Notes under the pieces: generated by a model
What the model saw: the letters and a program-made list of their open reading frames with translations, nothing else
Databases searched by the model: none
Told to the model about the DNA's origin: nothing
Program-made: the position numbers and the translations under genes
From: Octopus bimaculoides
Taxonomy: Eukaryota
Assembly (NCBI RefSeq): GCF_001194135.2
Contig: NC_068985.1
Coordinates: 106,411,462-106,475,461, forward strand
Reading direction: 5' to 3'
DNA: 64,000 nucleotides
Shown here: piece after piece, positions 50,641-63,204 of the stretch
Numbering within the stretch: position 1 is the first letter of the stretch
Layout: each line of letters opens with the position of its first letter

Positions 50641-51713
50641 ATATATATATAAACACACACATAATAACTTTGACCATTTGTGGTGGGATGCATGTTTTGG
50701 AAAAATCAAAGTTGGGCATGGAATAAAAATGGTTGAGGAATACTACACAAAAAAGTGAGTACAAAAATAAGTAGTGAGCATAGGAATGAGTGGTTGTTGT
50801 TCACATTGGTGCATAGACCCTTAAGTTTGAGCTAAGAGTCAGTGGCTACCATGCTGCTGAAGTGTGCACCAAGGGGCTGTCATCCTCATACAGGAGCAAG
50901 GGAATGGAGGAACCTGTTTGCATGTTTGTAACAGTCAAGTTTTCTCAGGAAGTCAAGCACAAGCTGGTAGTGTTAAATGAAGTGTCATCTGACAAGATAA
51001 ATGACAAACAGCATCATGACTGTTGCTGTTCTTTAACCCTAGGTCAGGCCTGATTGAACTAACTTATGATCAAGAGCATTCTAACTAGAACCATACCAAC
51101 ATTTTTTTGTATATCTATGATACTATTATCCAATGTGCCCTTCCTTTCTTAAGATAGCTGCATGTGATACATTGGAATTTTGGTTGCTTTATCTAGCAGA
51201 AGCTCCCACAGGTTATGGTATCTTACTGTGGAACCCACACTAAAACAGTTGTTTTACAGGGACCAGTACACCTTCAGCCCAGGGCCAATCATTTCTAACT
51301 ACCAGTGATCAGTAAACCTAGATAGATCGTCTTCATTGATGCCATGGAGATCACGTAACACTTGAAATGGAGTGTTTGGTTATTTCTAATTCTATCAGAA
51401 AAGTCAGAGTTCAGAAATAAAGGGTGACTATTAAGAAAACGAAAAAATATACATAGGAGGAGTGGAAAAGAAAAGAGTTGAAAATAGTAAATAACAATAA
51501 ATAAATGAATAAAAAAGATTAAAAACAGATGAATTTGGGAAGGGATTGTCAAAATATGTGGGTTGGTAACAAAGAATTACTTATTTAACCTTTTTCAATA
51601 CCAGCCCGCCTGAGACCACTCCTGGTTCTATTATGCAATCTTCCTGTTATAACGAAATGTAAAATCAAACCTTCCATCAAAATCTCATGTTAATTTATGT
51701 TCCAAATACTATC

Positions 51714-52102
51714 TACTGTATTTTAGCATGTATAAGGAACCCTCGTGTATAAGGAACCCCCTTATTTTGGGGGCTTAACCCTTTAATATTCAGAGTATTC
51801 CATCGAATTTAATGCTTTTTGATTCACACTGTTTTGAAGTAATCAAGCATTATTTTGTAGCTTTAAGATTTTGATGATGTGGTTGCTTATTTTTAGAATG
51901 ACATTGTAGGTAGGTGTGAGAAGCTGAATATGGCCAGTCTGAACATAAAACAAGTAAAATATTTGGGCCGGAAATGGCCGGTTTAAATACTAAAGGGTTA
52001 AAGTTTGGAAAAAAAGTTTGTTAGGGATTATAATACTATCCCTGTATAAGAAACTTAATTTTTGACAAAAAAAGGATTCTTTATACATGTTAAAATACAG
52101 TA
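51714..52102. mobile_element. TA-flanked Tc1/pogo-type MITE carrying a nested piggyBac-type MITE (51775-52001)
   Basis: Outer TIR TACTGTATTTTAGCATGTATAAGGAACC / GGATTCTTTATACATGTTAAAATACAGTA; inner element TTAACCCTTT...AAAGGGTTAA. Confidence 0.75.
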
Positions 52103-53064
52103 AATCATAGCAAAATTTATTTTACTACATTCTTTGTTATTTTCAAAATTGATTGAAACAGAAGCAATGCATTTCAGCAGAAATAATGGAAGCAAAAGGG
52201 CTGAGAGTCATTTAATTAAGAACACACATGGGTTGAGAGGGGGTTCTAAGGACTAGCTAATTAAAAATATCCAGTAAAATAGACCAGAAAGTAGATCTGA
52301 TTGAACCGACCTATGTTCAAAGGTATTCCAGCCTTAGCCATCTAGTCTTTTCCCTTTATTCAAGAACCTAGGACCACATTATCCAATGTGTCATTTTGTA
52401 AGACAGTGAGATGTGATATGAGGCAAATTAGGTGCAGGTACACTCAACTCCTGGGTTTCAGGTTCAGTCCTACAGCATGGCACCTTGAGTGTCTTCTACT
52501 ATAACCCGAGCATGACCAAAGCTTTGTGAATGGATTTGGTAGATGGGAATGAATATATTTACATACATACATGTGTGTGTGTGTGTGTGTGCGCACGCGC
52601 ATGCATTTGTGTATGCACGTGTGTTTGTGTATGTGTGTGTGAATGGGAATGTGTGAATGTTTGTGTCTCTTTGTTTTGATATCATGTGAATGATGGAAAA
52701 TGAATTTTATTCATATCCAATATATTCTGAAAACATGTCTGGCCATGGGAAAATATTTCTTTACTTGGAAACAGGTAAGAGTTGGTATCAGGAAGACTTT
52801 ACGCAGCAGAGAATCTTGTGTTAATAAATTCCTTCCCATGCAACAATGGTCCAGTTGGAGTGATGATGACACACAGATGCACATCATCACCAATATCAAC
52901 ATTTAACACCCGTTTTCCATGTTGGCATGGGTTGGATGACTTAACAAGAACTGGCAAGGCCAGGGGCTGCACCACGTTCCATAATCTGTTTTGACTTGGT
53001 TTCTATGGCTGGATTCCCTTCCTAATATCAACCACTTTACAGAGTGTACTTTTAATGTGCCACA

Positions 53065-53102
<38 letters not shown>

Positions 53103-54016
53103 GGATGGATGGATGGATGGAAGAGATAAATATCTGTGAGCATGTGATTGTGTCTCCGTGTCTTGATATCGTGCAATAGTTGTAAATAAGCTTTACCATC
53201 ACACAAGGTATCCTACATCTCAATCGTCTATGAAAACACACTAGGGGAAGAATTATCTTGCTTTGAAACATGGAGTTGTTGACAAGAAGTGCAGTGAAAG
53301 GTAGAAATCTGTCTTAAGAAAAAGCATGAAATAGTGGACGTTAAAATGATGATGATGATGATGATGATGACAATGATGATGGTGACAATGATGATGATGA
53401 TGATGACTTACAGCAGATCAAGTAGGATGCAAAAGCTCTGTCATTGGCTCAAAGTATAAGTCATGTTTGGGTGTGGTGCAATGAGATTAAATAAAGTGAT
53501 AGATACATTGAAGACATCCAACAAAGAAATGTGATGGGGGTATAAAATAATGATTCAGTACTACCACATAAGTCACATGCATACAGAAAGAGATATTTTA
53601 AGAATTCCATCGTATGAGGATTGTTGATTATTAACGCTTTTGTTACCATGTTTCCGTTGAAATACACTACGTTATAATTAATTTTAAAAATAAAGAAGAA
53701 TTTACTAAAATAACTTTGTTATTATTAAGCTGGTGTTTAGACCTTAACATGATATTTGGATTGATGGATTTAATTTAGAACAATTTAAAACAAACTAGTT
53801 TTGTATTACAGAATTAGGGGTAATCTTAGGCAGGTTCATATCAAAAGGGCTAAATTTGATACATGCATATGTTTTGGTTTTCAGTCTAAATCAAGCAGAT
53901 GATGTACCTAGTATTTTTGTGTATTAGGGATCACTGTTCAATGTGCCCATTCTTTTCTTATATATATATACATATATATATACACACATATGGTAAAATC
54001 TATCAATCTATATATA

Positions 54017-54050
<34 letters not shown>

Positions 54051-54057
54051 CACACAT

Positions 54058-54096
<39 letters not shown>

Positions 54097-54209
54097 CTAA
54101 ATCAGATTGGAGCCTGGTGTAGCCATCTGGATCACCAGTCCTCAGTCAAATCGCCCAACCCATACTAGCATGGAAAGCGGACGTTAAACGATGATGATGA
54201 TGATGATGA

Positions 54210-54258
<49 letters not shown>

Positions 54259-54853
54259 TACATACACATGCATGAACAAAGAAAGAGTGTGTCTGTGTCT
54301 TGCATGTGAATTTTCCATTTGTTCTTTTGTCATGCATCTGTTTAATTTTTGACACTTATTATATACACACATATATATACATATACACACATACCATCGT
54401 AATTGTTGTTACTTAACATCTGTTTTCTATACTGAATAGCATATGTTAGGTCAGTCTGAGTCAATTCTTATTCAGAGAAGACCATGTCTCACACAAATAC
54501 ACTAATTTTAGGCTATGCTTTCAATAGCAGGGCACCAATCCTCTCACTGTCCATTTAATAGAATGTACTGAGAGCATTTTGATGGGGTACCAGAACTAGA
54601 GAGGTTGTCATGTTCTCAGCAACTCTAAAAGGCTTGTTCAACCCCATGTTGCTCCCATTTGTCCATCAGCCTCTTTATTTATTGTGACACCAGCATAACA
54701 GAAGTTCCCTGTATCCCATAATAATAGAGTCCGCCACTAATCTAGGTGTTCATTGACTCAAAGAAATACAAATGCAAAGGATACAGTGATGACAAGGACC
54801 GGTATTGGTGGGTGAAGGGAACACAAACATGAGAGTAGAAATAAAATGACATG

Positions 54854-55000
<147 letters not shown>

Positions 55001-55289
55001 AAAGTAATGAGTGGTAACAGAAGTGGACAGTAATAAGAGAAGATGATGGATATCAATGATAAGAGGTTGGGGAAAAAGGGAGCAGTGACCAGCAGAACAG
55101 AAACGTGATGATGCCTTGTCTATTTTATGTAATCCTTTATACATTGACAGGAGACAGACTGATAAGAATGGTGATGGGGGAATTGATTACAAGTAGATCC
55201 AATATCATTCTTTATTACATTGGTGGCACAGTACACTGAATAGGAGAGATAGTGAGTGTTAGATAAATGAAAAGGGCTACTGTGCTTTA

Positions 55290-55700
55290 AAAGCTACCAA
55301 CAACTTCTAAGAAGCTTTCCAAGCATTTGACAGTATTTCCTGCGAACTCTTCGTGCATATTTTCCCAGTAAACCTGTCGTATGTGAAGTATACCTTCTTT
55401 ATCAGCCTACTTGCGATCCTACATCACTTCTTTTACATCCAAAGTTTACAATGATTACACTGTATGGAATTCCTACCTGGCCATTTTCCAGATGGTAGTG
55501 GGTTCCTATCCTCCCTCCTGCTAACACTTTAGTTTTTGCTAGATTTTTCTTTAAAGCCTCTTGATTCTAGATTTTTAAATCCACACAGAGATTCTTCTCT
55601 AATTCCACTATAGATTCTGCTACAAAAATGAAGGATCAGCATGTAAGAGTTCCCATGGAGAAACTGTCATAAACTCCTCTACTGTAGCTTGGTGGACTTT
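55290..55700 (-). mobile_element. Decayed RTE-type LINE RT C-terminal part with Cys-rich insert
   Basis: Fragments PWELLHAD (YADD-like), NLAKTKVL, PSGKWP, GRNSIQCNHCKLW and SFLEVVGSF; many stops. Plausibly the same clade as the 1-338 fragment (inference). Confidence 0.7.
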
Positions 55701-56550
55701 AACCTCTCTACTATACTCCCACTCAGTAGAGGTGGCTCTTTATTTTTGTGACTTACATAGCAATTTCAGGTGATGGTGCCACCAAAAAAGGGAGAAGTAC
55801 ACTCTGCAAAATGGGTGATGTTTGGAAGGGCATCAAATCATAGAAACCATACTAAAGCAGACACTGAAGCATGACACAGTCCTACAACTCATCAGATCCT
55901 GTTAAGCATTAAAACTTAAGCCAGCATGGTAGACAAGACATGAGAATGATGATGATGATGATGAAGATGACGACATATACATAAGCATCAATGCTTGTCT
56001 GCCCTGAAACAATATCATCATTTTTCAATGAATCATTACAATAATCTGTAGGGAGATCTAGATGCAGCTCAGAATAAATGCATGCACAAACACAATCCCA
56101 TGTATGAGATTGCTTTGGGATGAAACAGAGAAGAATCAAGAAGGAGATGTAGAGAAAGACTCAAAGATTTAAGGGTGTGGTTAGTGTAAGAGGGGAAGTG
56201 AGAGACAAAGAAATTTCAGTTTATTACATCAAACTTTCACCTTCTATAAAACTATTTACTTCATCTGCCNNNNNNNNNNNNNNNNNNNNNNNNNNNNNNN
56301 NNNNNNNNNNNNNNNNNNNNNNNNNNNNNNNNNNNNNNNNNNNNNNNNNNNNNNNNNNNNNNNNNNNNNNNNNNNNNNNNNNNNNNNNNNNNNNNNNNNN
56401 NNNNNNNNNNNNNNNNNNNNNNNNNNNNNNNNNNNNNNNNNNNNNNNNNNNNNNNNNNNNNNNNNNNNNNNNNNNNNNNNNNNNNNNNNNNNNNNNNNNN
56501 NNNNNNNNNNNNNNNNNNNNNNNNNNNNNNNNNNNNNNNNNNNNNNNNNN

Positions 56551-56975
56551 AGTCTTGTGCTTGTATTTCACGATCTCAAAGTTCTCCAGTGTGGATTTAG
56601 GTGTGTCCTTGAAACATTCTTTCTGTCTCCCTTGCATGCACTTGCCTTCTGCTAGTTCGGTGTAAAAATTTTGAGGAGTCATGTGCCTGGCATTTGAATA
56701 AAGTGGCCAGCCCACCTGACTTGTGCTCTCCTCAGCAGTGTGTAAATACTTGGCAGATCAGCTCAAGAGAAGACTACCATGTCTGGGATCTTGTCTTGCT
56801 AGGTGATTTTCAACAGCTCTCTCAGGCAGTTCGTGTGGCAGCAGTTTAGCTTTTTGGCATGGCATTTGTAAACTGTCCAAGTCTTGCAGGTATACAGTAA
56901 CGTAGGCAGTACAACAGCTTGGTACACTTTCAACTTGGTCGCCAGCCTAATGCCTCTCTGAGAAGAGGCATCTAT
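56551..56975 (-). mobile_element. RTE/BovB-like LINE 3' ORF remnant
   Basis: RGIRLATKLKVYQAVVLPTLLYTCKTWTVY...KKLNCCHTNCLRELLKIT(W)QDKIPD and GRQKECFKDTPKSTL match the RTE C-terminal pattern (TKLKVYRAVVLTTLLYGCETW; GGQKKRFKDTLK). Confidence 0.88.
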
Positions 56976-57146
56976 CACACACACACACAGGTGCAATTAT
57001 GGCTGTATGGTTAAGAAGTTTGCTTCCCAACCACAGTTTCAGGTTCAGTCTCTATGTGACACCTTAAGCAAGTGTCTTCTGTTATAGCCTCAGGCTAACC
57101 AAAGCTTGTGGGTGGATTTGGTAGATAGAAACTAAAAGAAGCTTAT

Positions 57147-57185
<39 letters not shown>

Positions 57186-57487
57186 TTGCGTCTTCTTATC
57201 TTGATATTGTACAACAGCTGTAAACAAGTGTCACCAGCATATAAGTGTTGTTGCTTGTTTCCAATATTCCGTGGAAACAGGTGACAGCTGTCAACAGGAA
57301 GGGTGTCCAGCCTTGGAAATCAGCCTCAATGAATTCCATCCAACATGTGCAATTATGGCAAAGTGGCGTTAAAAGGATGATGATTTTATATATATATATA
57401 TATACACACACTTACATAAGATTGGATTGCTGGAATTGCACTAATGAGTCCATGCTTCTCACATGCTTATTTGCTGGACCAATCACT

Positions 57488-57557
57488 AAATTGTAGAACA
57501 AGAAATATTGGCTACCTTAGAGCACTAAGGTAGCCAATATTTCTTGTTCTACAATTT
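57488..57557. repeat. Perfect inverted repeat, 33-bp arms, 4-nt spacer
   Basis: AAATTGTAGAACAAGAAATATTGGCTACCTTAG-AGCA-CTAAGGTAGCCAATATTTCTTGTTCTACAATTT. Confidence 0.95.
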
Positions 57558-58430
57558 GAATAAACAGCCACATAAATTACTTGTGTTTTGTGTTGAATAT
57601 TGATTACAGTGTGGCTGTGTGGTAAGAAGTTTGCTTGCCAACATCATGGTTCCAGGTTCACCTTGGGCAAGTGTCTTCTACTATAGCTTGAGGCTGACCA
57701 AAGACATGTAAGTAAATTTGGCAGACAGAAACTGAAAGAATTCCATCGCATGCATGTTTGAGTCTTCTGGTTTGACTTAGTGTGATAGCTGTAAAATGAT
57801 TGACACTATCATATAAGCAGTGTCATACATTTTCAATATCCTGTGAGAACATTGTCTGGTCAAGGGGAAATATTACCTTGATTGGAGACAGGTGAGGTTT
57901 GGTTATTAGAAGGGCATCCAGCTGTAAAAAAAATCTGCCCCAACGAATACCTCTCAACCTATGAAACATGGAAACTATTGTCTTCAATTGCAAAATTTAA
58001 CATTTAGCACAAAATCTGAAGTTTCGCATAAAAAAGAAACCCAAAGCAATTCAGTTTTAGACATGCCCTCATATCACAAAATATATGCAAAATAATTACA
58101 TATAAATATACTACATAAAAAGTTGTTATAAGTCATTTTAAGTACATAAAAAAAAAGCTGTTACCTAAACAACAACAACGTAACACAGAGTACCTCAGTG
58201 AATATGTGTGTATTTGGTAAATATACACTACTTACTGCTAGTTCCTAATATGTATGCACACAGTACAGAGCATCCTACCTGTAGTCCAGTCCTTGTCATC
58301 ATTGTCACCATCACCATCGTCAAGTTTTCCATGTTTGCATAGGTCAGCCAGAATTTGCTGAGGCAGATTTTGTACAGCTAGGGGACCCTCTTATCACCAA
58401 CCCTCACAGGTTTTCAAGCAAAGCAATTTC

Positions 58431-58753
58431 TGACTGGCCCTTGTGCTGGGCAACATTTGAGCATGGTTGTTGCCAGTGCCGCTGGACTGGCTCCCATGCA
58501 GGTGGCATGTAAACACACCTTTGAGCGTGGTCGTTGCCAGTACCGCCTGACTGGCCCTCGTGCCAGTGGCACATAAAAACACCCACTACACTCTTGGAGT
58601 GGTTGGCGTTAGGAAGGGCATCCAGCTGTAGAAACTTTGCCAGATCAGATTGGAGCTTAGTGCAGCCTTCTGGCTCGTCAGTCCTCAGTCAAACCGTCCA
58701 ACCCATGTCAGCATCATGGAAAGCGGACATTAAATGACGATGACGATGATGAC
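58431..58753 (+). mobile_element. Family C retroposon
   Basis: Three TGACTGGCCC...GTTGCCAGT..CGC units, then GAGTGGTTGGCGTTAGGAAGGGCATCCAGCTG...GGAAAGCGGACATTAAATGACGATGAC. Shorter 5'-truncated copies at 39747-39897, 54094-54211 and 27101-27154. Confidence 0.82.
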
Positions 58754-58787
58754 ATATATATTTGGTAAATGGAAACAAAGAAGCCTG

Positions 58788-58830
<43 letters not shown>

Positions 58831-59306
58831 CACACACACACACATACATATAAGAGGTTTCTTTCAGTTTCCATCTACCAAATCCACATACTGGGCCCAG
58901 GGTTAGAGTAGAAAACATTTCCCCAACCCAATACTTATAGCCTAGGGCTGACCAAAGCCTTGTGAGTGGATGTGGGTGACAGAAACTAAAAGAAGCCCAC
59001 TGCGCATGTGTATGTGTGTATATGTATAAGTGTGTGTTTTTGTCTCCTTGCCTTGACATTGCATGTTAGATGTAAATGGTTGTCACTGTCATACAAGCAG
59101 TGTTATTAATTTCCAATGTTCTTCAAAAACATGCCTGGCCATGGGAAAATATTTCCTTGCTTGGAAACAAATGAAGGTTAACAACAGGAAAGGTATTCCA
59201 GCTGTAGAAAGTTTGGCTCAATTAAACTCCGTCTGGCCTATGCAAGCATGGAAAAGTGGGTGTTAAATATACATATATACGTACATACATATATATTCAT
59301 TATCTT

Positions 59307-59628
59307 GTACTTGTTTCAGTCATTGGACTGAGGCCATGCTGAGCACTGCCTTGAAGAATTTTTAGTCGCGTGAACTGATCCTAGAACTTATTTTTTTAAA
59401 GAGATTGATACTTATCTTATAGGTATCTTTTACCGAACCGTTAAGCTGCGGGATGTAAACACACCAGGGGTACAAACGCACTGACACACACACACATATG
59501 ACGGACTTCTTTCAGTTTCCGTCTACCAAATCCACTCACAAGGCTTTGGTTGGCCAGAGGCTATAGTGGCAGACACTTGCCCAGGGCGCCACGCAGTGGG
59601 ACTGAATTTGGAACCATGTGGTTGCAGG
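59307..59628 (-). mobile_element. SINE family A copy, reverse
   Basis: TACTTGTTTCAGTCATTGGACTG ... CACGCAGTGGGACTGAATTTGGAACCATGTGG. A head-only reverse fragment also lies at ~60010-60062. Confidence 0.8.
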
Positions 59629-62087
59629 CGCGTCGCTTGACTTTTAAAGGCTCCCCGCAACTTTTTGGTTCGAGGTCCCGTCCCTTAAATCAAAATTCAA
59701 AATCTGCGCACCTTTTATTCATAGCTATATCTTACTTTATTCTATCTGAAGTTCAATATTTCACGTTACCCTAAAAAACATATTTAGGTAGGGACGTTCT
59801 TGGTACAATGCAATATTTTTACAAGAACTTGTACAGTGTATTACCATTTTATTTCTTGAAATTTACAATTAACATGGATAATTTAATTCTTGTTCAACAT
59901 CTTGACCAAAGTAAATAGATGACTCGTCTACGTACTTTGATCTTCACATAGGGCCCCTCAAACGCGTAGGAACACTGCGACCGCAGGGGTTGCAGGCGAT
60001 TAGCGACGGCCCTGTGTGGTTGAAAAGCAAGCTTCTTACCAGAGAGCCACACCTGCGCCCCGTCACACACACACACACACACACACTACAGGTAGGTTGC
60101 CGTGTACTGTTTGCGCATTTATTGAGAACGAGCTCTAAGTCAAATGTTTATACCAACCGCTTTCGTTTGACTTTCAGTATTAACAATCCAATCAAACAAT
60201 TTAAATAATTGTAACAAACAAAACATTCGATTTCAAACTTCACAACCTTATAATGTATAGAATAACAACCGACCAACCTCTACTGTGAGCTTAACAACAT
60301 GTTATAAAATACACAAACAAAAATTCTTCAATGAACAAAATATACAACTTCAATGTTACGATAAAGTTTAGCTTTATCCTGCTTTCACTTTAGCACCAAC
60401 ATGGGAGTTTCAAAGTGGCCACACGTAATATTAGAAATAGCAGTCAATTTTTTCCTCTCTTCCAAACCATTCCTATTGACTTTAAAAATAAAAGGACTCT
60501 TGGAAAACAGTGCATTATTGCTACAGAATAGAATCGGAAATTATCTAGTTCGACTTTCTTCGGATCTGTATGTTTGAAGCAACGTTGATAACGAATCAGC
60601 GCACTAAAACAATGTGAAGTAGCTTTGCTTTCCTCCTTTTCCGGAATTAGCGTTACTTGTAGTTTTGAAGAATCATAATCTCAGATGTTTAAAACTTAAT
60701 TCTGAAAAATTATGGAAAGTGTATGTGTAAAGGAAAAGTTTCCCCACCTCATCCCCCAAAAGAACTTTTCTATTTTATAAATTCATAATCTGCGATGCTT
60801 AAAACATACACAAATCCGGAGATATGAATTTTGGCGCACTAGATTGTTTCCGATTTTTTTTTTTTTTTTTGGAAAGTCCTTAGTCTAATATATACAGACG
60901 GCTCGATTTTGCTCAACAGACCCGAACTGGAGATAAACGATTCATTTCACTAATGAAAAAATGTGATATTCAGCCTGCTTTATTAATGAAGAAAAGAAGA
61001 AGAAATAGTTGAAAACGAAATATTGGGTATAACGACAGTTTGGTGCCCCATCCCACTAACTTTATTTCCCCGCCACGACTCTGCATATTTTTAAATGACA
61101 TTTTACAGAAATACGTTTTCAAGAGTGCAAGTTACATAATGTTGATGTTTCAAACATATAAGTCGGAAAAAAAAAACTGAACTTTGAAAAGTGCTAAAGT
61201 TAGGGAAATTCGTGGTAATTAAGTCGGAGAGAGGAAAAGAATGATCTAAAAATCTTCCAAAGTTTTACTGTAAATATTATCAACATAGTCAAAATCAGTA
61301 AATCTACACACTCGAAAAGGTATCTTTATAAAACTTCTTTTCAAAAAGTTATGAGGAAATAAAGAACAAAACGAGTATAACAAATATAGCTATATCAATA
61401 AAAGTATTTAGTTCCGTCTTTTTTACTTTCTGAGTTCTAATCCGGCGAAGATCGACTTTACTTTATATCTTCTGATGCAGGTCGGTAAAAATAAACACCA
61501 GTCATATTTAGAAATGGATCTATCACCCATTTCCCTTGCTAGTGTGTATAAGCTTATGCATCAGGAGAAATTATAATTATTTTTAGTTGTTTAGTCTCAG
61601 GTCAATCTCCGATCGAAGAGGTCTACATTCAAAGGTGCGTCAGTTGTATACATTCCACTTTAAAATTTCGATTAAAGTTATTTCACTCCATCTAAAGACC
61701 CCATGGATGTCGTTACTTACCATGCTGCCTCCCTGTAATTACACAACCTTACATGTCTTTGTAAATCGTTATATAAATCACTCGGCCAGCTAAGTCAAAT
61801 GCCGTACTTTCGATTCCCCGTACGAGCATTTGCAACATTTAACGCTTGAATAAAAAAAACACTTCATAAAGGCATGAACGTCACATCTTTTCACTATTTA
61901 ACCTCTATCCTCATATCTATATAAACGTGACGCGTTATACCTTATAATTTATTTATTTATTCTGAAACACGTGAGCCAGGTACATATGACCCACACGGTT
62001 CGGATCCTCACAATACAGAGTTCAAGTCCGGCCTGTGTCAACTTAATTCTGTTTTTCTCTTTTTGCCTATGAACGCAGAAAACAATC

Positions 62088-62314
62088 GCTGTTGTTTAGC
62101 CGCGTGGCCTGATTAGTTAGACCTATAATCAAAAGAATTCCAGCAATGAACATCAGGGCATTTTTTTTCAGGTATCAGGTGTGTAATAATTATCCGATGT
62201 AACTCTAAACAAACTGTTCAAGGATCGCTAGAGTCTAAGAAATCATTTTTAACACGATAGGTTATGAAATTTAACTCCTAATAATAGCAGGTCAAGCGAT
62301 CAATAGAGGCTCCC
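62088..62314 (+). repeat. Dispersed repeat family G (GTTGTTTAGC...CAAAxGxATTCCAGC...ATAGCAGGTCAAG...TAGAGGCTCC)
   Basis: Reverse copy at 41881-42088; fragments near 9530-9640, 18040-18130, 21880-21970, 43200-43300, 48790-48930, 51020-51210 and 52300-52420. Confidence 0.6.
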
Positions 62315-62905
62315 GTGCTGGATCATGTAAAATAGTAGTACTATTCAGAGGTTAAATTCAATCTTCAACCACAACTATACTTAAACAAAACTTTGACGCG
62401 GTTTGTAAATTTTTTTTTTTCATCGTTATTAAAATTATTAGTGTTCAAATCTGTTCAGGATCTACTTTCCCTTTTATCCTTCTGGATCGATCGTGTCCTC
62501 CACATCCCTAACTTGTGGTTTTCCCAGTGTAAGAAATCCTTATTGTTACCATACTAATACGGTAGTCATAGGTAAGTTCCCGAGAAACGAAACTAGCGAC
62601 GCGGTTTCGATTTTCGGTTTAAGCGTATTCTATATAAATTCAAGCCAATAATGTCTTTGAGAAAACAAAGATTGAACACCACAGCATTACATTTTCACCA
62701 CCTTATATATCAGTGGCTAATGAGCGTAAAAAAAATTTTCTCGGTTATCAAACCATGAGTGCATATTGTAATGTCAATGAATTTGTAACATAAATACTTG
62801 TGTAAGTATATGTATATATAGATGAATTAAATATATATACTATAAATATATGAACACACATACATGAACATACGCAGACACACATGTAAGATGTATTTAA
62901 CTTAC

Positions 62906-62990
62906 CGGCAGCAGTAATAAGTCCCCACAGCCGACAGAACCAAAGCAGACCGTTCCAAGGACATGTTTTTCTGCCATCGCGACAGCACAT
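62906..62990 (-). CDS. TMEM72: TMEM72-like membrane protein, coding exon 1 (MCCRDGRKTCPWNGLLWFCRLWGLITAA+G, phase 1)
   Basis: ATG at 62990-62988 and donor CCG|GTAAGT after 62906. WNGLLWFCRLWGLITAA resembles the TMEM72 N-terminus as I recall it (WTGLEYTCRLLGITTAA). Lies in a CpG-rich promoter-like region. 85 nt = 28 codons + 1, matching the next exon's phase. Confidence 0.9.
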
Positions 62991-63158
62991 TCCACAGATA
63001 AAAGAGGGTCCAAAAAGCAACGGGTTGCTTACTCCAATATAGTTTCTGCGATTATTATTATTATTGTTTTTTGTTGTTATTTATTTACTTTTTTTTCGCG
63101 CCACTCCAAACAGCTGAATAGAAAGCATGAAGTAAAGCCATGAAGGGAGCGAATTAAC

Positions 63159-63204
63159 CCGGAAGTAGTCATCGCTGACCTCTCGCTTCGCTGCTCCCCA
63201 TTGG
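63159..63204. promoter_or_regulatory. Promoter region of the TMEM72-like gene, probably bidirectional: ETS/GABP-type CCGGAAGT (63159-63166) and reverse CCAAT (ATTGG, 63200-63204)
   Basis: Motifs read directly, about 170-210 bp upstream of the ATG, inside a CpG-retaining region (about 59.6-64 kb) that contrasts with the CpG-depleted introns. Confidence 0.5.

Noticed and set aside
51301-51345. Phase-1 alternative first exon MASMKTIYLGLLIT-G on the minus strand
   Set aside because: The donor would be G|GTAGTT (weak), the region is CpG-depleted, and there are no promoter features.
59894-60010. Minus-strand GC-rich segment with AA|GTACGT donor as an extra TMEM72 exon
   Set aside because: It lies downstream of coding exon 1, begins in a SINE head fragment, and has no acceptor or in-frame ATG that fits the gene model.
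63014-63030. AGCAAC-GG-GTTGCT palindrome in the TMEM72 5' region as an X-box
   Set aside because: Half-sites are in the opposite arrangement to the RFX consensus (GTTGCC..GGCAAC).
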